The notes beneath the pieces were generated by a model that was not told the DNA's origin, searched no databases, and was given only the letters and a program-made list of their open reading frames with translations. Positions 13,925 to 25,319 of a stretch of 64,000 nt of DNA are shown here, piece by piece. Position 1 is the stretch's first letter; every line of letters begins with the position of its first letter. Origin of the DNA: Mobula hypostoma (Eukaryota); contig NC_086108.1 in the NCBI RefSeq assembly GCF_963921235.1, positions 50,470,001-50,534,000 on the forward strand, written 5' to 3'. A program made the position numbers and the translations under genes.

Positions 13925-16900
13925 CTATACTAGTTTTTAAATTAATATGGCAGTGGGATGGGAACCCACACAGAAAAGAGGAGGGAAGTGATGCAGAGAC
14001 CAAAGCTACAGTTATTGAAGAAAAATGTAGTAGAGTGCATAAATGCAAAAATCACATAGGTCACTAGATTCTAAAAGGACAATGAGTATAAGGGCACTTT
14101 ATCTAAATGGCCGTAGTCTTAGAAACAAGGTTAGTGAACTTGTGGCACAGATCAGTACCAAGGCAAATGATTTAGTGGCCATTACAGAAACCTGGTTGCA
14201 AGGTGGAGATGACTGGGAATTAAATATCCAAGGGTATCAGGTAATACGGAAAGATAGGCAGGAAGGCAAAGGAGGTGGGGTGGCGCTCTTAATTAAGGAT
14301 GAGATCAGGGTGATTGTGAGAGACGATATAAAATCTACGGAGCAGAATGTTGAGTCCATCTGGGTAGAGATTAAGAATAGTAAAGGGGAAAAAAATCACT
14401 GGTAGGAGTTGTCTATAGGGCACCTAATAAAACTATTGCAGTGGCAGAGGCGATTAACCAAGAAATAACTGAGGCTTGTAAGAACAGAACGGCAGTTGTC
14501 ATAGGGGATTTCAACTTCCACGTAGATTGGGTGAATCAGGTTGGTCAAGGAAGTTTGAAGGAGGACTTCATAGAATGCATCTGTGATGGCTTTCCTGAGA
14601 GGCATTTTAGTGACCTGACAAGGGAAAATGACACCTTAGATCTAGTCCTGTGCAATGTGACAGGTAAGATTAATGATCTTGTAGTCAGGGATCCTCTTGG
14701 AAAGGGTGATCACAGTATGATTGAATTTCGCATACAGATGGAGGATGAAATAGTTAGATCTAAAACTAGTGTATTATGCTTGAACAGGGGAGACTACAAC
14801 AGGATGAGGGAGGAGTTGGCTAATGTGGATTGGGAACACAGGCTATTTGGTAGGACAGTTGAGGAACAGTGGAATACTTTCAAAGAGATTTTTCCACAGT
14901 GCTCAACAAAAGAATATTCCAGTCAAAAGTAAGGACAGTAAGTGTGGGGAGAGCCAACCTTGGATAACTAAAGATATAAAAGATAGTATCAAATTAAAAG
15001 TTCATGTGTACAAAGCCGCAAAGGGTAGTGGGAGACTGGAGGATTGGGAAAACTTTAAAAAGCAACAAAGAACAACTAAACAAGAAATAAGGAAAGGGAA
15101 GATAGATTATGTAAGTAAATTAGCACAAAATATAAAAACAGGTAGCAAAAGTTTTTATAAACATATAAAGTGGAAGAGGGTGGCTAAAGTCAACGTAGGT
15201 CCCTTAAAAGACGATAAGGGGAAATTGATATTGAGTGATAAGGAAATGGCTGAGGCACTGAACGACTATTTTGTGTCAGTCTTCACGGTGGAGGACATGT
15301 TTATATGCCAAAGAATGATGTTATAGACGAAATGGGAGGCAAGGACCTCGATAAAATAACTGTCACTAAAGAGATAGTGATGAGCAAACTAGAGGGCCTG
15401 AAGGTAGACAAGTCCCCTGGTCCTGATGGGATGCATCCCAAGGTGCTGGAATTGGTGGAGGTTATAGTAGACATGTTGGTAATCATTTACCAAAATTCTC
15501 CAGACTCTGGGCAGGTGCCGGCAGATTGAAAAACAGCAAATGTCACGCCACTTTTTAGAAAAGGATGTCGGCAAAAGATGGGCAACTAAAGGCCAGTTAG
15601 CTTAACATCTGTAGTCGGGAAAATGCTTGAAGCTGTCATTAAGAAAGAAATAGCGAAACATTTAGAAAGGAGTGATTCCATTAGACAGATGCAGCATGGA
15701 TTCAGAAAGGGCAGGTCCTGTTTGACAAACTTACTGGAGTTCTTTGAGGACATAATGAGTGCAGTGGATAGAGGGGAACAGGTGAATATTGTATACTTGG
15801 ATTTCCAGAAGGCGTTCGATAAGGTGCCACACAAGAGACTTATAAATAAGATACGGATGCATGGAGTTGGAGGAAGTGTATTGGCATGGATAGTGGATTG
15901 GTTAACCAACAGAGTTGGTATTATTAGGTGTTTCTCTGGTTGGCAGTCAGTGGTGAGTGGCGTGCTACAGAGTCGGTGCTGGGCCCGCAGTTGTTTACCA
16001 TTTACATTGATGATTTGGAAGAGGGGACTGAGTGTAGCGTAGCAAAATTTGCTGATGACACTAAACTGAGTGGAAAAGCAAATTGTACAGAGGATGTGGA
16101 GAGTCTGCAGAGGGATATAGATAGGTTAAGTGAGTGGGCCAAGGTCTGGCAGATGGAATACAATGTTGGTAAATGCGAGATCATCCACTTTGGAAGGAAT
16201 AATAGAAGAGCAGATTATTATTAAATGGTGAAAGATTGCAGCATGCTGTTGTACAGAGGGACTTGGGAGTACTTGTGCATGAATTGCAAAAATTGGATTG
16301 CAGATACAACAGGTTATTAAGAAGGCAAACGGAACGTTGGCCTTCATTGCTAGAGGGGTTGAACCCAAGAGCAGGGAGGTCATGCTGCAACTATGCAGGG
16401 TACTGGTGAGGCCGCACCTGGAGTATTGTGTGCAGTTCTGGTCTCCATATTTGAGGAAGGATATACTGGCTTTGGAGGCAGTGCAGAAGAGGTTCACCAG
16501 GTTGATTCCAGAGATGAAGGGGTTAACCTATGAGGAGAGATTGAGTTGCCTGGGACTATACTCTCTGGAATTCAGAGAGAGGGGATGAATTCATGAGAGG
16601 GGAATCTTATAGAAACATACAAAATTTTGAAAGGGATACCAAAGATAAAAGTAGGAAAGTTGTTTCTATTGGTAGGTGAGACTAGAACTAGGAAGATTCA
16701 GGGGAGAAGATTTAGGACGGAGATGAGGAGAAACTGTTTTTCCCAGAGTGGTGAATCTGTGGAATTCTCAGCTCAGGGAAGCAGTTGAGGCTTCTTCACT
16801 AAATATATTTAAAATAAAGTTAGATAGATTTTCACATAGTAGGAGAATTAAGGGATATGGGAAAAAGGCAGGTAGATGGAGCTGAGTTTACGGGCAGATC

Positions 16901-16985
16901 AGCCATGATCTTATTGAATGGCAGGTAAGGCTCAATGGGCCGGATGGCCTCCTCCTGCTCCTATTTCTTATGTTCTTATATCCTA
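13925..16985 (+). mobile_element. CR1 with near-complete, frameshifted ORF2 (APE endonuclease + RT)
   Basis: YLNGRSLRNK, AITETWL, GDFNF, GDHSMI, YLDFQKAFDKVPH, FADDTKL; ttcttatgttcttat tail. Confidence 0.95.
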
Positions 16986-17065
16986 CTATGCAGGTTAAAA
17001 GCTATACGTTTAGTAGATTAGGTACTGCTGTATACTCCCTATTCTTCTTATCATCATCACACAAG

Positions 17066-17633
17066 TGTTGGAGTGAGTTTTTTGGTAGATGTTTCATTTA
17101 CACTGAAATGACTTAGATCACCAGTCTTCTGTTTGACAAAGTACTGTGGATTGAGTTCACAACGATGCATCTACTAAAAGCTGTGAATATTGGAATACTA
17201 GCCGGACGCTGCGGATGGAAGTGTGAAGTTTGCAGATAGTTTTGAAGACAGCCCTATCTATGCTTTATAATATTAATTGTCCTCTATGTTAGTACATAAA
17301 ATACCAAATTAATGTATTGTGGATTTGACTTGCACTCCTAAAGGCTGTGAGTACCAACCCAGACATGTTGGCATCGGGAGGAAAGGATGAAGTCAGAAGG
17401 TGTGATGTTTTTTATGTAGCTTTAAAAGGAAGCATTGTCTATAACCTTGTAAATAGTGATTGCCCTTTGTGTTTAGCATATAAATATTGAGCCCACATTG
17501 GCCTAGCAGACCTTTCTATCGAAAGCGTCTCTGTCCGTATGACACCTGCTGTACCTTGTTGTGTTGAATAAAGAAGCTGCTTTGTATCTACCAGTAACTC
17601 TGTCTCTCCAGTGATTTCATCAACCCAACAACA
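17066..17633 (+). repeat. 5' LTR (568 bp)
   Basis: Starts TGTTGG and ends CAACA (short inverted termini); TATAAA at 17479 and AATAAA at 17567. Confidence 0.93.
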
Positions 17634-17635
17634 TT

Positions 17636-17653
17636 TGGTGTCAGGGGTGGGAT
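17636..17653 (+). promoter_or_regulatory. Primer-binding site, tRNA-Leu type
   Basis: TGGTGTCAGGGGTGGGAT, 2 nt after the LTR; one mismatch to the complement of the vertebrate tRNA-Leu(CAG) 3' end (TGGTGTCAGGAGTGGGAT, recalled). Confidence 0.85.
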
Positions 17654-18159
17654 ACTTCGTGACCCGCTGTGTGGCCTGTGTTCCTAGCAGTCTAAGTTGG
17701 TGAGTATTTTTCTAAAATAACACTCACACTTGGATCTGTTCGGTCGGTAGTATACGGGAACACGAGGTATCACGAACGTGGAGAGCTGAACTGGTAGATA
17801 TAAAAGTAGTGTGTGCGTGTACGTGTGTTTTTTTTGTGTGTTAACTTGGTTAACTTGGTGAGATGGAGCCACCTGTTGCGAAAGGTGGTAACCGACGGTA
17901 CGGTTCGAGACGCCAGAGTAGGGGCGTGTATACTCGTTCAGGGACCGGCATTTCAGTGTATGCGTTTGCAAGTGTGATGCAAAGGGAAACAGCAGGCATC
18001 ATGAGTTCAGGTACTCAAAAGTGGCAAATTGTGGAATACATACTCTGTGGTTTTAAGTATGTACTATTTAACTGCTACCCATCTTTTATATTTTGCGTAG
18101 TGTGGGAATTAGTGTGAGGATATCTCAGGGAGAGGTTTTACCCAGATAGATCTACCAGA

Positions 18160-18825
18160 ATGGCACCTATTGAGGTCAGGCAACACCAGGTTGAGAACTG
18201 TGGCGATCCAAGCCAGCCCTTGACCTTGATTACGACCATTTATAAGCCCTTCACCCCCGGGGAGAAACAGAGTATCTTGTCTGAGTTGCCTTCACTTAAA
18301 GTCGCCTGTGGGAATTCAGAATTCTGGCATAAGCTCGAGGAAATGGTTTTAATTCACCAGATGCACCTTAAAAATATACACGTATTGGTAAAAGCGAAGT
18401 GCCTGAGCAATACGTGGGACAGAATGGCCCAGAGGGTGCGGGATGGTACATGGGTAACTACTGGGAGCGCCAGTAATGAAGACAGATATCGCTCTTTTAA
18501 AGGGGAAGTGAGGCAGTGACTGGGGGGAGTCAAGAGTAGCTGGGGAACAATAATGTCAGTGACCCAGAGGGCTGACGAGACAGCCATGGATTATGTAGAA
18601 TGTAAATATCGAGCACATGAGGAGTATTCAGGATTGGATAATCCAGGGAGGGACGACCCAGTCTTCCTAAAAATGCTGAAGGAAGGCCTGAGTTCAGCCC
18701 ACCAAGAAGTTTTAGATTTAGGCATAACGGTAGGGTATGAAAACATACCCGGAGAAAACGCTAAGGCAGAAAATGCCGAGAGTGTGGCAGAAGACACTGA
18801 GAACGTGTTGGAAAACCATGAATAA
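18160..18825 (+). pseudogene. Gag/capsid-like remnant
   Basis: ORFs 18160-18519 and 18553-18825 share a frame, separated by one TGA; YKPFTPGEKQSILSELP and MHR-like QRADETAMDYVECKYRAHEEYSG. Confidence 0.7.
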
Positions 18826-19458
18826 CCTGCTAAAGTGTGATGACGATGGTACTCTGTAAAGAAGGCTGGTTGCTGAAGGTAGGTGATTAATTTTATAGCA
18901 TAGTATAGAAATTTATTGGGAAATAGGGAGGAATTTCTGAGTTAAAGCAAAGACGGCAAGTTCCACCACTTCGATGGCATTTCAGACTGCACATGGCATC
19001 TGGAAGCAGTCACCCCGAGTCTGAGGAGCTGGGCCCTTTTCAGCAGTCGAGCCAGTGATCAACAGAACAATTCGGAAGGGGGTGCCACCGGGGAGAGGTC
19101 CTTGCAGACGTTTACATAGAGGCCACCCCAACCCCTTCCTGTACATTGATGAGAGAGCCTGTGGGCGCTCCTGGAAGGAGAGTTTCAGCGACCAGAGGAT
19201 AAAGGGCTGAAACAAAGGAATGTGATTAAGATGCAGTCAGCCTGCAGGCACATGAAAGGAGCTGCATTCCTAAAGACTTGGAACAGCCTCTCTGCTTAAC
19301 ATTTGGTAGGTAATGCTAGGATAGATATCGAGGTACATAAAATTGGGGGGGAAATTTCGAGACAGGGCGTTTTTGCTGCCCTATTTGAGCAGATCCTTCG
19401 AGGTTGGCCTTTCCTGACACAAATTTAATTTTTATCCAGGAGGGCCAAGAGGAGGGAC

Positions 19459-20027
19459 TGTTGGAGTGGGTTTTTGGGTAGATGATTCGCTAACACTTAA
19501 ATGACTTTGGCCACCAGTCTTCTGTTTAACAAAGTACTGTGGATTGAGTTCATAACAATGCATTTCCTAAAAGCTGTGAATATTGGAATACTAGTCAGAC
19601 GCTGCGGATGGAAGTGTGAAGTTTACAGGTAGTTTTGAAGACAGCCCTATCTATACTTTGTAAATATTAATTGTCCTCTATGTTAGCACGTAAAATACCA
19701 AATTAATGTATTGTGGATTTGACTTGCACTCCTAAAGGCTGTGAGTACCAACCCAGACATGTTGGCATCGGGAGGAAAGGACGAAGTCAGAAGGTGTGAT
19801 GTTTTGTACGTAGCTTTAAAAGGAAGCATTGTCTATAACCTTGTAAATAGTGATTGCCCTTTGTGTTTAGCATATAAATATTGAGCCCGCCTTGGGCTAG
19901 CAAACCTCTCTACAGAAAGTGTCTTCATCCGTAAGATGCCTGCTGTACCTGGCTGTGTCGAATAAAGAAGCTGCTTTGTATCTGCCAGTGACTCTGTGTC
20001 TCCAGTGATATCATCCACCCCACAACA
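19459..20027 (+). repeat. 3' LTR (569 bp)
   Basis: Colinear with the 5' LTR; preceded by PPT aagaggagggac. Confidence 0.93.
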
Positions 20028-21379
20028 ACGGGGCTATGTGAGGTTCTGACACCTGACATGCCTTATAACTTAGGGGTCTCTCACTATGCAAGCGAGCTCT
20101 ATCTTTGAGATTCTTCCTGGGTTTCTGTTGTTTCCCACTGGAAAGGCCACAGATGAGGTGGTGTTGTCTTTACTGACACAGATTGACACTGTTTTCTCTC
20201 TGATCGTGTCTACCCCAACATTTCATGTCAGTGTAAAGGTGGGCTGCAAAACCCTCTGTGACTGAAGTTCAAACACAGCTTCAAAGGAAATTTTTCTTTA
20301 AACATAATCCTTGAATTTGTGATCTGTCAGCAGAAACCAAATGCATCCAAAATAAATAGAAGGGGAAAGGCAGGAGGAGCATGTTGGCACAAATTCCAGT
20401 TAAACGCATCGCAGCAACATCTGATAACCTGCCTTGGCAAGGGAGTTAAAAATGAAAGTGACACAAAATCCACAGAGGGGCATGAATGGTTGCTATTTCT
20501 ATGTTTATTATCTGTGTTTATTAAAATCCAAAATAATCAAACTGTTCGCTCTCATTCAATGTATCAAATATTGTCCAAGTTTACTTCTTATAAAAATTGC
20601 AATTGTCATTTGCTTCAACAAGACTAGTTACAAAGCATATGAAGATATTTATAGCAACACATGAAAAATGCTTATTAACTGTTCTCCCCAATGCAATTCT
20701 ACTTCAGTTACATTCCACTGACCAGATTTTAACTCATAATTTGAAAACTAAATGTAATGAGCTCTTTGGACTTGTGCAGGGAGCTGGAGCACATTGGGCT
20801 CCAAGGTTTTTAGAGCACCTGAGATGGTTAATTGTTTAGAGTTCCCGGTGTTTTTACTCGAGCGATTTGCTCTTTGTAATGTGGTCTCCTGATGCTTTCT
20901 GTTTAAATTTGTCAAATTTAATTTGATGGGCTTAGGGATTCCATGTTACCTGTATTACTTAACTGGACGCCCAATTAGAGTTAATCACAAGGTCCTAGTT
21001 TTAAGAATGTTACATCTCGTGGTGTTGCTCAGCTGAGGCTCCAGTGCTCTGTTGGAAATCTTATGAATGAACACTGGTCATCGTCTCTACATTGGAGTCT
21101 GTCTTTCCTCTGCATTTAGGTTTCAATACTGTCAGTGCACATCATGACAGAAGGACCCCACCAGGTGATGGACTCAGTGAAGATTAAACAGTGGCATAAT
21201 GATATCGATTAGCTTTAGATGCGAATGTCATCTCCTAAGTACACCTCCGAACTAACGTTCTGAAATTTTCTTGCAAACGTTCTGAGTTTCACAAATCCAT
21301 GTTTCTAATCCACATCCATGTTGTGAGCTTCTCTCATCTACCTTCAAGGCTTTCTTCAGGTCATCAACCTTTTCTCTGT

Positions 21380-22410
21380 CTTTCTCATTTCTGCCACTCC
21401 TGTTGCCATGCTGAGGCTTTCCTTTCCAGAATATCAGAGATATCCTCTTTCTTTAAAGGATGGGGCTTCCCTTCCTCCACCATTGATGCTAGCCTCACCC
21501 ATATCTCCTCCATTTCCTGGACATCTACGCTCAGCCTATCTTCCCTTCACCTTAACAGGGGTAGAAGTCGCTTGTCCTCACCTACCACCCCATGAGCCTC
21601 CACATGCAACACATCGTTCTCTGTAACTTGCAACATCTTTAACAAGATCCTACCACCAAACACATCTTTACCTTCCTCCCCACTCTCCGCTTTCTACAGG
21701 GAGTGCTCCCTCTGTGATTCTCTTGCCCATTCGTCCCTCCCCAGTTAAATCACCCTCCTGGCACGTATCCCTGCAAGCAACAGATATACGACATCTGGCC
21801 ATTCACCTTTTCCCTTGCCTCCATTCATTTCTTAAGCTGTTTTCCCAGATGAAGCAACACTTCACCTGCGAATCTGCTGGGCTGGTCTATTGTATCCGGT
21901 GCTCCTGATGAGGCCTCCTCTACATTGGTGAAACTCGTTGTACACTGAGGGACTGCACGTGTTAGTCCACGGCCACCTCTTTTGCCACATTCGGGGTAGA
22001 GGAGCAATACCTCATATACCATCTTGGTAGCCTCCAACTTGACAGCATGAACATGGATTTCTCCTTCTGGTAATTTTTTCCCTCCTTTTTCCTTCCTCCC
22101 CACTCAGGCCTCTTAGCTCTTCTCCTCACCTGCTTATCACCTCCCCTTGGTGCCCCTCCTCCTTCCCTTTCTCCCATGGTCCACTCTCCTCTCCTATCAG
22201 ATTTCTTTGTCTGCAGCCCTTTACCTTTTACCACCCACCTGCCTTCACTTATCACCTTCTTGCTGTACTCCCCCCCCCCCATTTTTTTATTCTGATGTCT
22301 TCCCCTCTTTCCAATCCTTAAGAAGGTTGTTGGCTTAAAATTCAAACTGTTCACTCATTTCCATATATGCTGCTTGACCTGCTGAGTTCCTCCAGCTTTT
22401 TGTCTGTGTT
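21380..22410 (+). mobile_element. Penelope-like element 3' part (RT tail, GIY-YIG remnant, pyrimidine-rich pLTR)
   Basis: EAFLSRISEISSFFKGWGFP; KQHFTCESAGLVYCIRCS...LLYIGET; decayed hammerhead region near 22312. Confidence 0.85.
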
Positions 22411-22639
22411 GTTAGTATCATTCCCACTATACAAATTGTCTGCATGTATTGAATTCTTTGTGGAGAAGCTGAATGAAGCACACTGCCAGAATGAAACTAT
22501 ATCAGATTGTCATTGTTCATTGCTAAACAATGTGCACCATTTACTTTACATACCACTTCCTTCAGACTTCATTAAGTTCAGGATTCAAAATAAATTTATT
22601 CTCAAGTACGTATTACTATTCTCCTGCCTTCTCCCCAGA

Positions 22640-24180
22640 ACATCTGATGCCCTTATTAATCAAAAAATCAATCAACTGCTGCTTTAAATATATCCAATGA
22701 TGTGGCCTCCACAGCCGTCTGTGGTGATAAATTCCACAGATTCACCACCCTGACGAAAGAAATTCCTCTTCTTCTCTGTTCTAAAGAGACATTCTTCTAT
22801 TCTGAGGCCGTACCCTCTGGTCTTGTACTCTCAATATTGGAAACATCCTCTGCACATCCATTCTATCTAGGCTTATCAATATTCAGTACATTTCAATGAG
22901 ATCCCCCTTCATTCTCCTAAACTCCAGCAGGTACTGGCCTGGAAACATCAAACAGTCCTTATACATTAACCATTTCATTCTCAGGTCTTACCTTGGTCTG
23001 TCCTCCCAAAGTGAAAAACCTCACTTGTCTGCATTAAATTCCATCTGGCATTTTTTAGCCCATTTTCCCACCTGGTCCAGATCATGCTGCAAGCTTTGAT
23101 TACCTTCCTCACTGTCTATTATATTCCCAATCTTGTTGTTATCCTCAAATTTGCTGATCCACTTTATCACAATATCATCTAAATGATTAATACATGACAA
23201 ATAACAAACGACCCAGCAGTGATCCCTGTGGCACACCATTAGTCACAGAGACAACTATCTACTACCACTCTCCGGCTTCTCCCTCCAAGCCAAAGTTGAA
23301 TTCAATTGACTACTTCATCCTGAACGCCGTCGCCTAACCTTCTAAACCACGCAGGACTTTATCAAAGCCCTTGTTGAAGTTCATGTAGACAATGGACACC
23401 ATCTTTTCTTCATCAAACTTCTTGGTAACCTTCTTGTAAAACTCCGTAAGACTGGTTAGACTTGATGTACTCTACACAACACCATATTGGCTATACCTAA
23501 TAATGCTCTGTCTATCCAAATACTTGTGTGTTCCGTTCCTTAGAATACCTTCCAATAATTTACCCATGACCAGCATCAGACTCACCAGCCTAAAATTACC
23601 TGGCTTATTCTTAGAGCCATTCTTAAACAACAGAATATTAGCTATCCTCCACAAACAAGATAAAATCTGCAAATGCTGGAAATCTCCACAACACACACAA
23701 AATGCTGGAGGAGCTCAGCAAGCCAGGCGTCATCTATGGAAAAAAGTACAGTCGATGTTTCGGGCCGAAACCCTTCGCCAGGACTGGAGAAAAAAAGCTG
23801 AGGAGTAGATTTGAAAGGTAAGGGGAGGAGAGGGAGAAACGTCAAGCGACAGGTGAAACTTGGAGGGGGGGGGCGGGATAAAGCAAAGAGCTAGGAAGTT
23901 GACTGGTGACACAAAATGCTGGAGGAACTATCCTCCAGTCTTCTGGCACCTCGCCTGTGGCAAGGACATTTTAAATATCTTTGCCAGAACCCCTGCAATT
24001 TCTGCAAAAGCCTCCTGCAGGGTCTGAGGGGACAACTTGTCAGGCCCTGCAGATTTATCCATCCTAAACACCCTCAAGACAGCACGCAGATCATGACCTT
24101 GGTACTTTTTTGCCTGAGCAACTGAGACTCTGTGCCTGTCTCCTAAGTAAGTACTGATGCAAGAAATTCATTTAAGATCC
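22640..24180 (-). mobile_element. Decayed CR1 fragments with a PLE insertion
   Basis: SKFEDNNKIG...KWAKKCQMEFN; ANILLFKNGSKNKPGNFRLVSL. Confidence 0.75.
23652..23927 (-). mobile_element. PLE pLTR insertion
   Basis: TSD CTATCCTCCA (23642-23651 and 23928-23937); mutated hammerhead (CTGGCGA...GAAACATC). Confidence 0.85.
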
Positions 24181-25035
24181 CCATCCTTCCCCTTCTCTGG
24201 AACTTAAAGAACCCTGCTTTTCTTCCCCACTTTTCCCATTCCAATAGTACAGCATCAATCAAAAACATTATGTTTCTCTCTCCACCATTTATGTTGAGTA
24301 TCTCCAGCATTTTGTTTTTATTTCCGATTTCCAGCACCTCCTGCAGTTTCTTGCTTTTCTATTAGGTTTTATTAATCCAATTTGCTCTGAAACCGCATTA
24401 CATAAAAGGCCAAAATAATTCTCATTCTTGTCTTCACTGAGATCAATAGCTTCAAACAGAACCTCACGCATATAACCAGGCTGGCATGGAGTAGATGGGC
24501 AGAAAGGCCTGATTCTGTGCTGAAATGGTCTATGACTCTCTGTGCCCTTACTGCTTTGATCACGAAGTCTGTGTTTTTATCAAGCTTCAAAACCACTGCA
24601 GGCGGCTGCTGCTCATTATAGGATTTGCCAGTCTCTGTTGCTTTTAGCAGTTCAGCCACACTCCACGCTCAAGGAGAGGAGACCATCTACTTTTCCTTTA
24701 GTCCACAGGTACATGCAGAGCAGATTCAGGGATTTACTTGCATTGCACGAATACAGAAACTGTCCTTGTGCCTTAGCAAATACCTACCGACAAGTGCCTG
24801 ATTATAGCCCTGGAGGATCTCCCACAAAAAGAACATAGCTTCACTGGCCTCTGCTCTCCACTAGCCTGTTTAGTTTGATCTAACTTCCCAGGAAAACTCT
24901 CCAACATCTTTTGCTGTCAACAACTGCTATGTAATGGGATGAAGGTTATTTACATTTGGTACACCTTTTTAAAAAGGTACCTCCAGAGTTAGATGATGAC
25001 AACCATGAAAATTTGCATGTATATATGTATATATA

Positions 25036-25037
<2 letters not shown>

Positions 25038-25105
<68 letters not shown>

Positions 25106-25120
25106 TGTGTGTGTGTCTGT

Positions 25121-25154
<34 letters not shown>

Positions 25155-25194
25155 TTGTGTGTGTGTGTCTGTGTGTGTTTGTGTGTTTGTGTGT

Positions 25195-25289
<95 letters not shown>

Positions 25290-25295
25290 TGTGTG
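25038..25295. repeat. Long (TG)n microsatellite with TT/TC interruptions
   Basis: About 260 bp of TG dinucleotides. Confidence 0.99.
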
Positions 25296-25319
25296 CAAAA
25301 AAAGTGAGGCAAGAGTGGC

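Larger units (their letters stand above)
17066..20027 (+). mobile_element. Non-autonomous LTR retroelement/ERV: LTR-PBS-gag remnant-PPT-LTR
   Basis: TG...CA direct repeats 17066-17633 and 19459-20027; PBS at 17636; purine tract directly before the 3' LTR; gag-like ORF; no pol recognised. Confidence 0.93.

Noticed and set aside
18825..19440. pol or env remnants in the LTR element
   Set aside because: No protease, RT, RNase H, integrase or TM motif recognisable by eye
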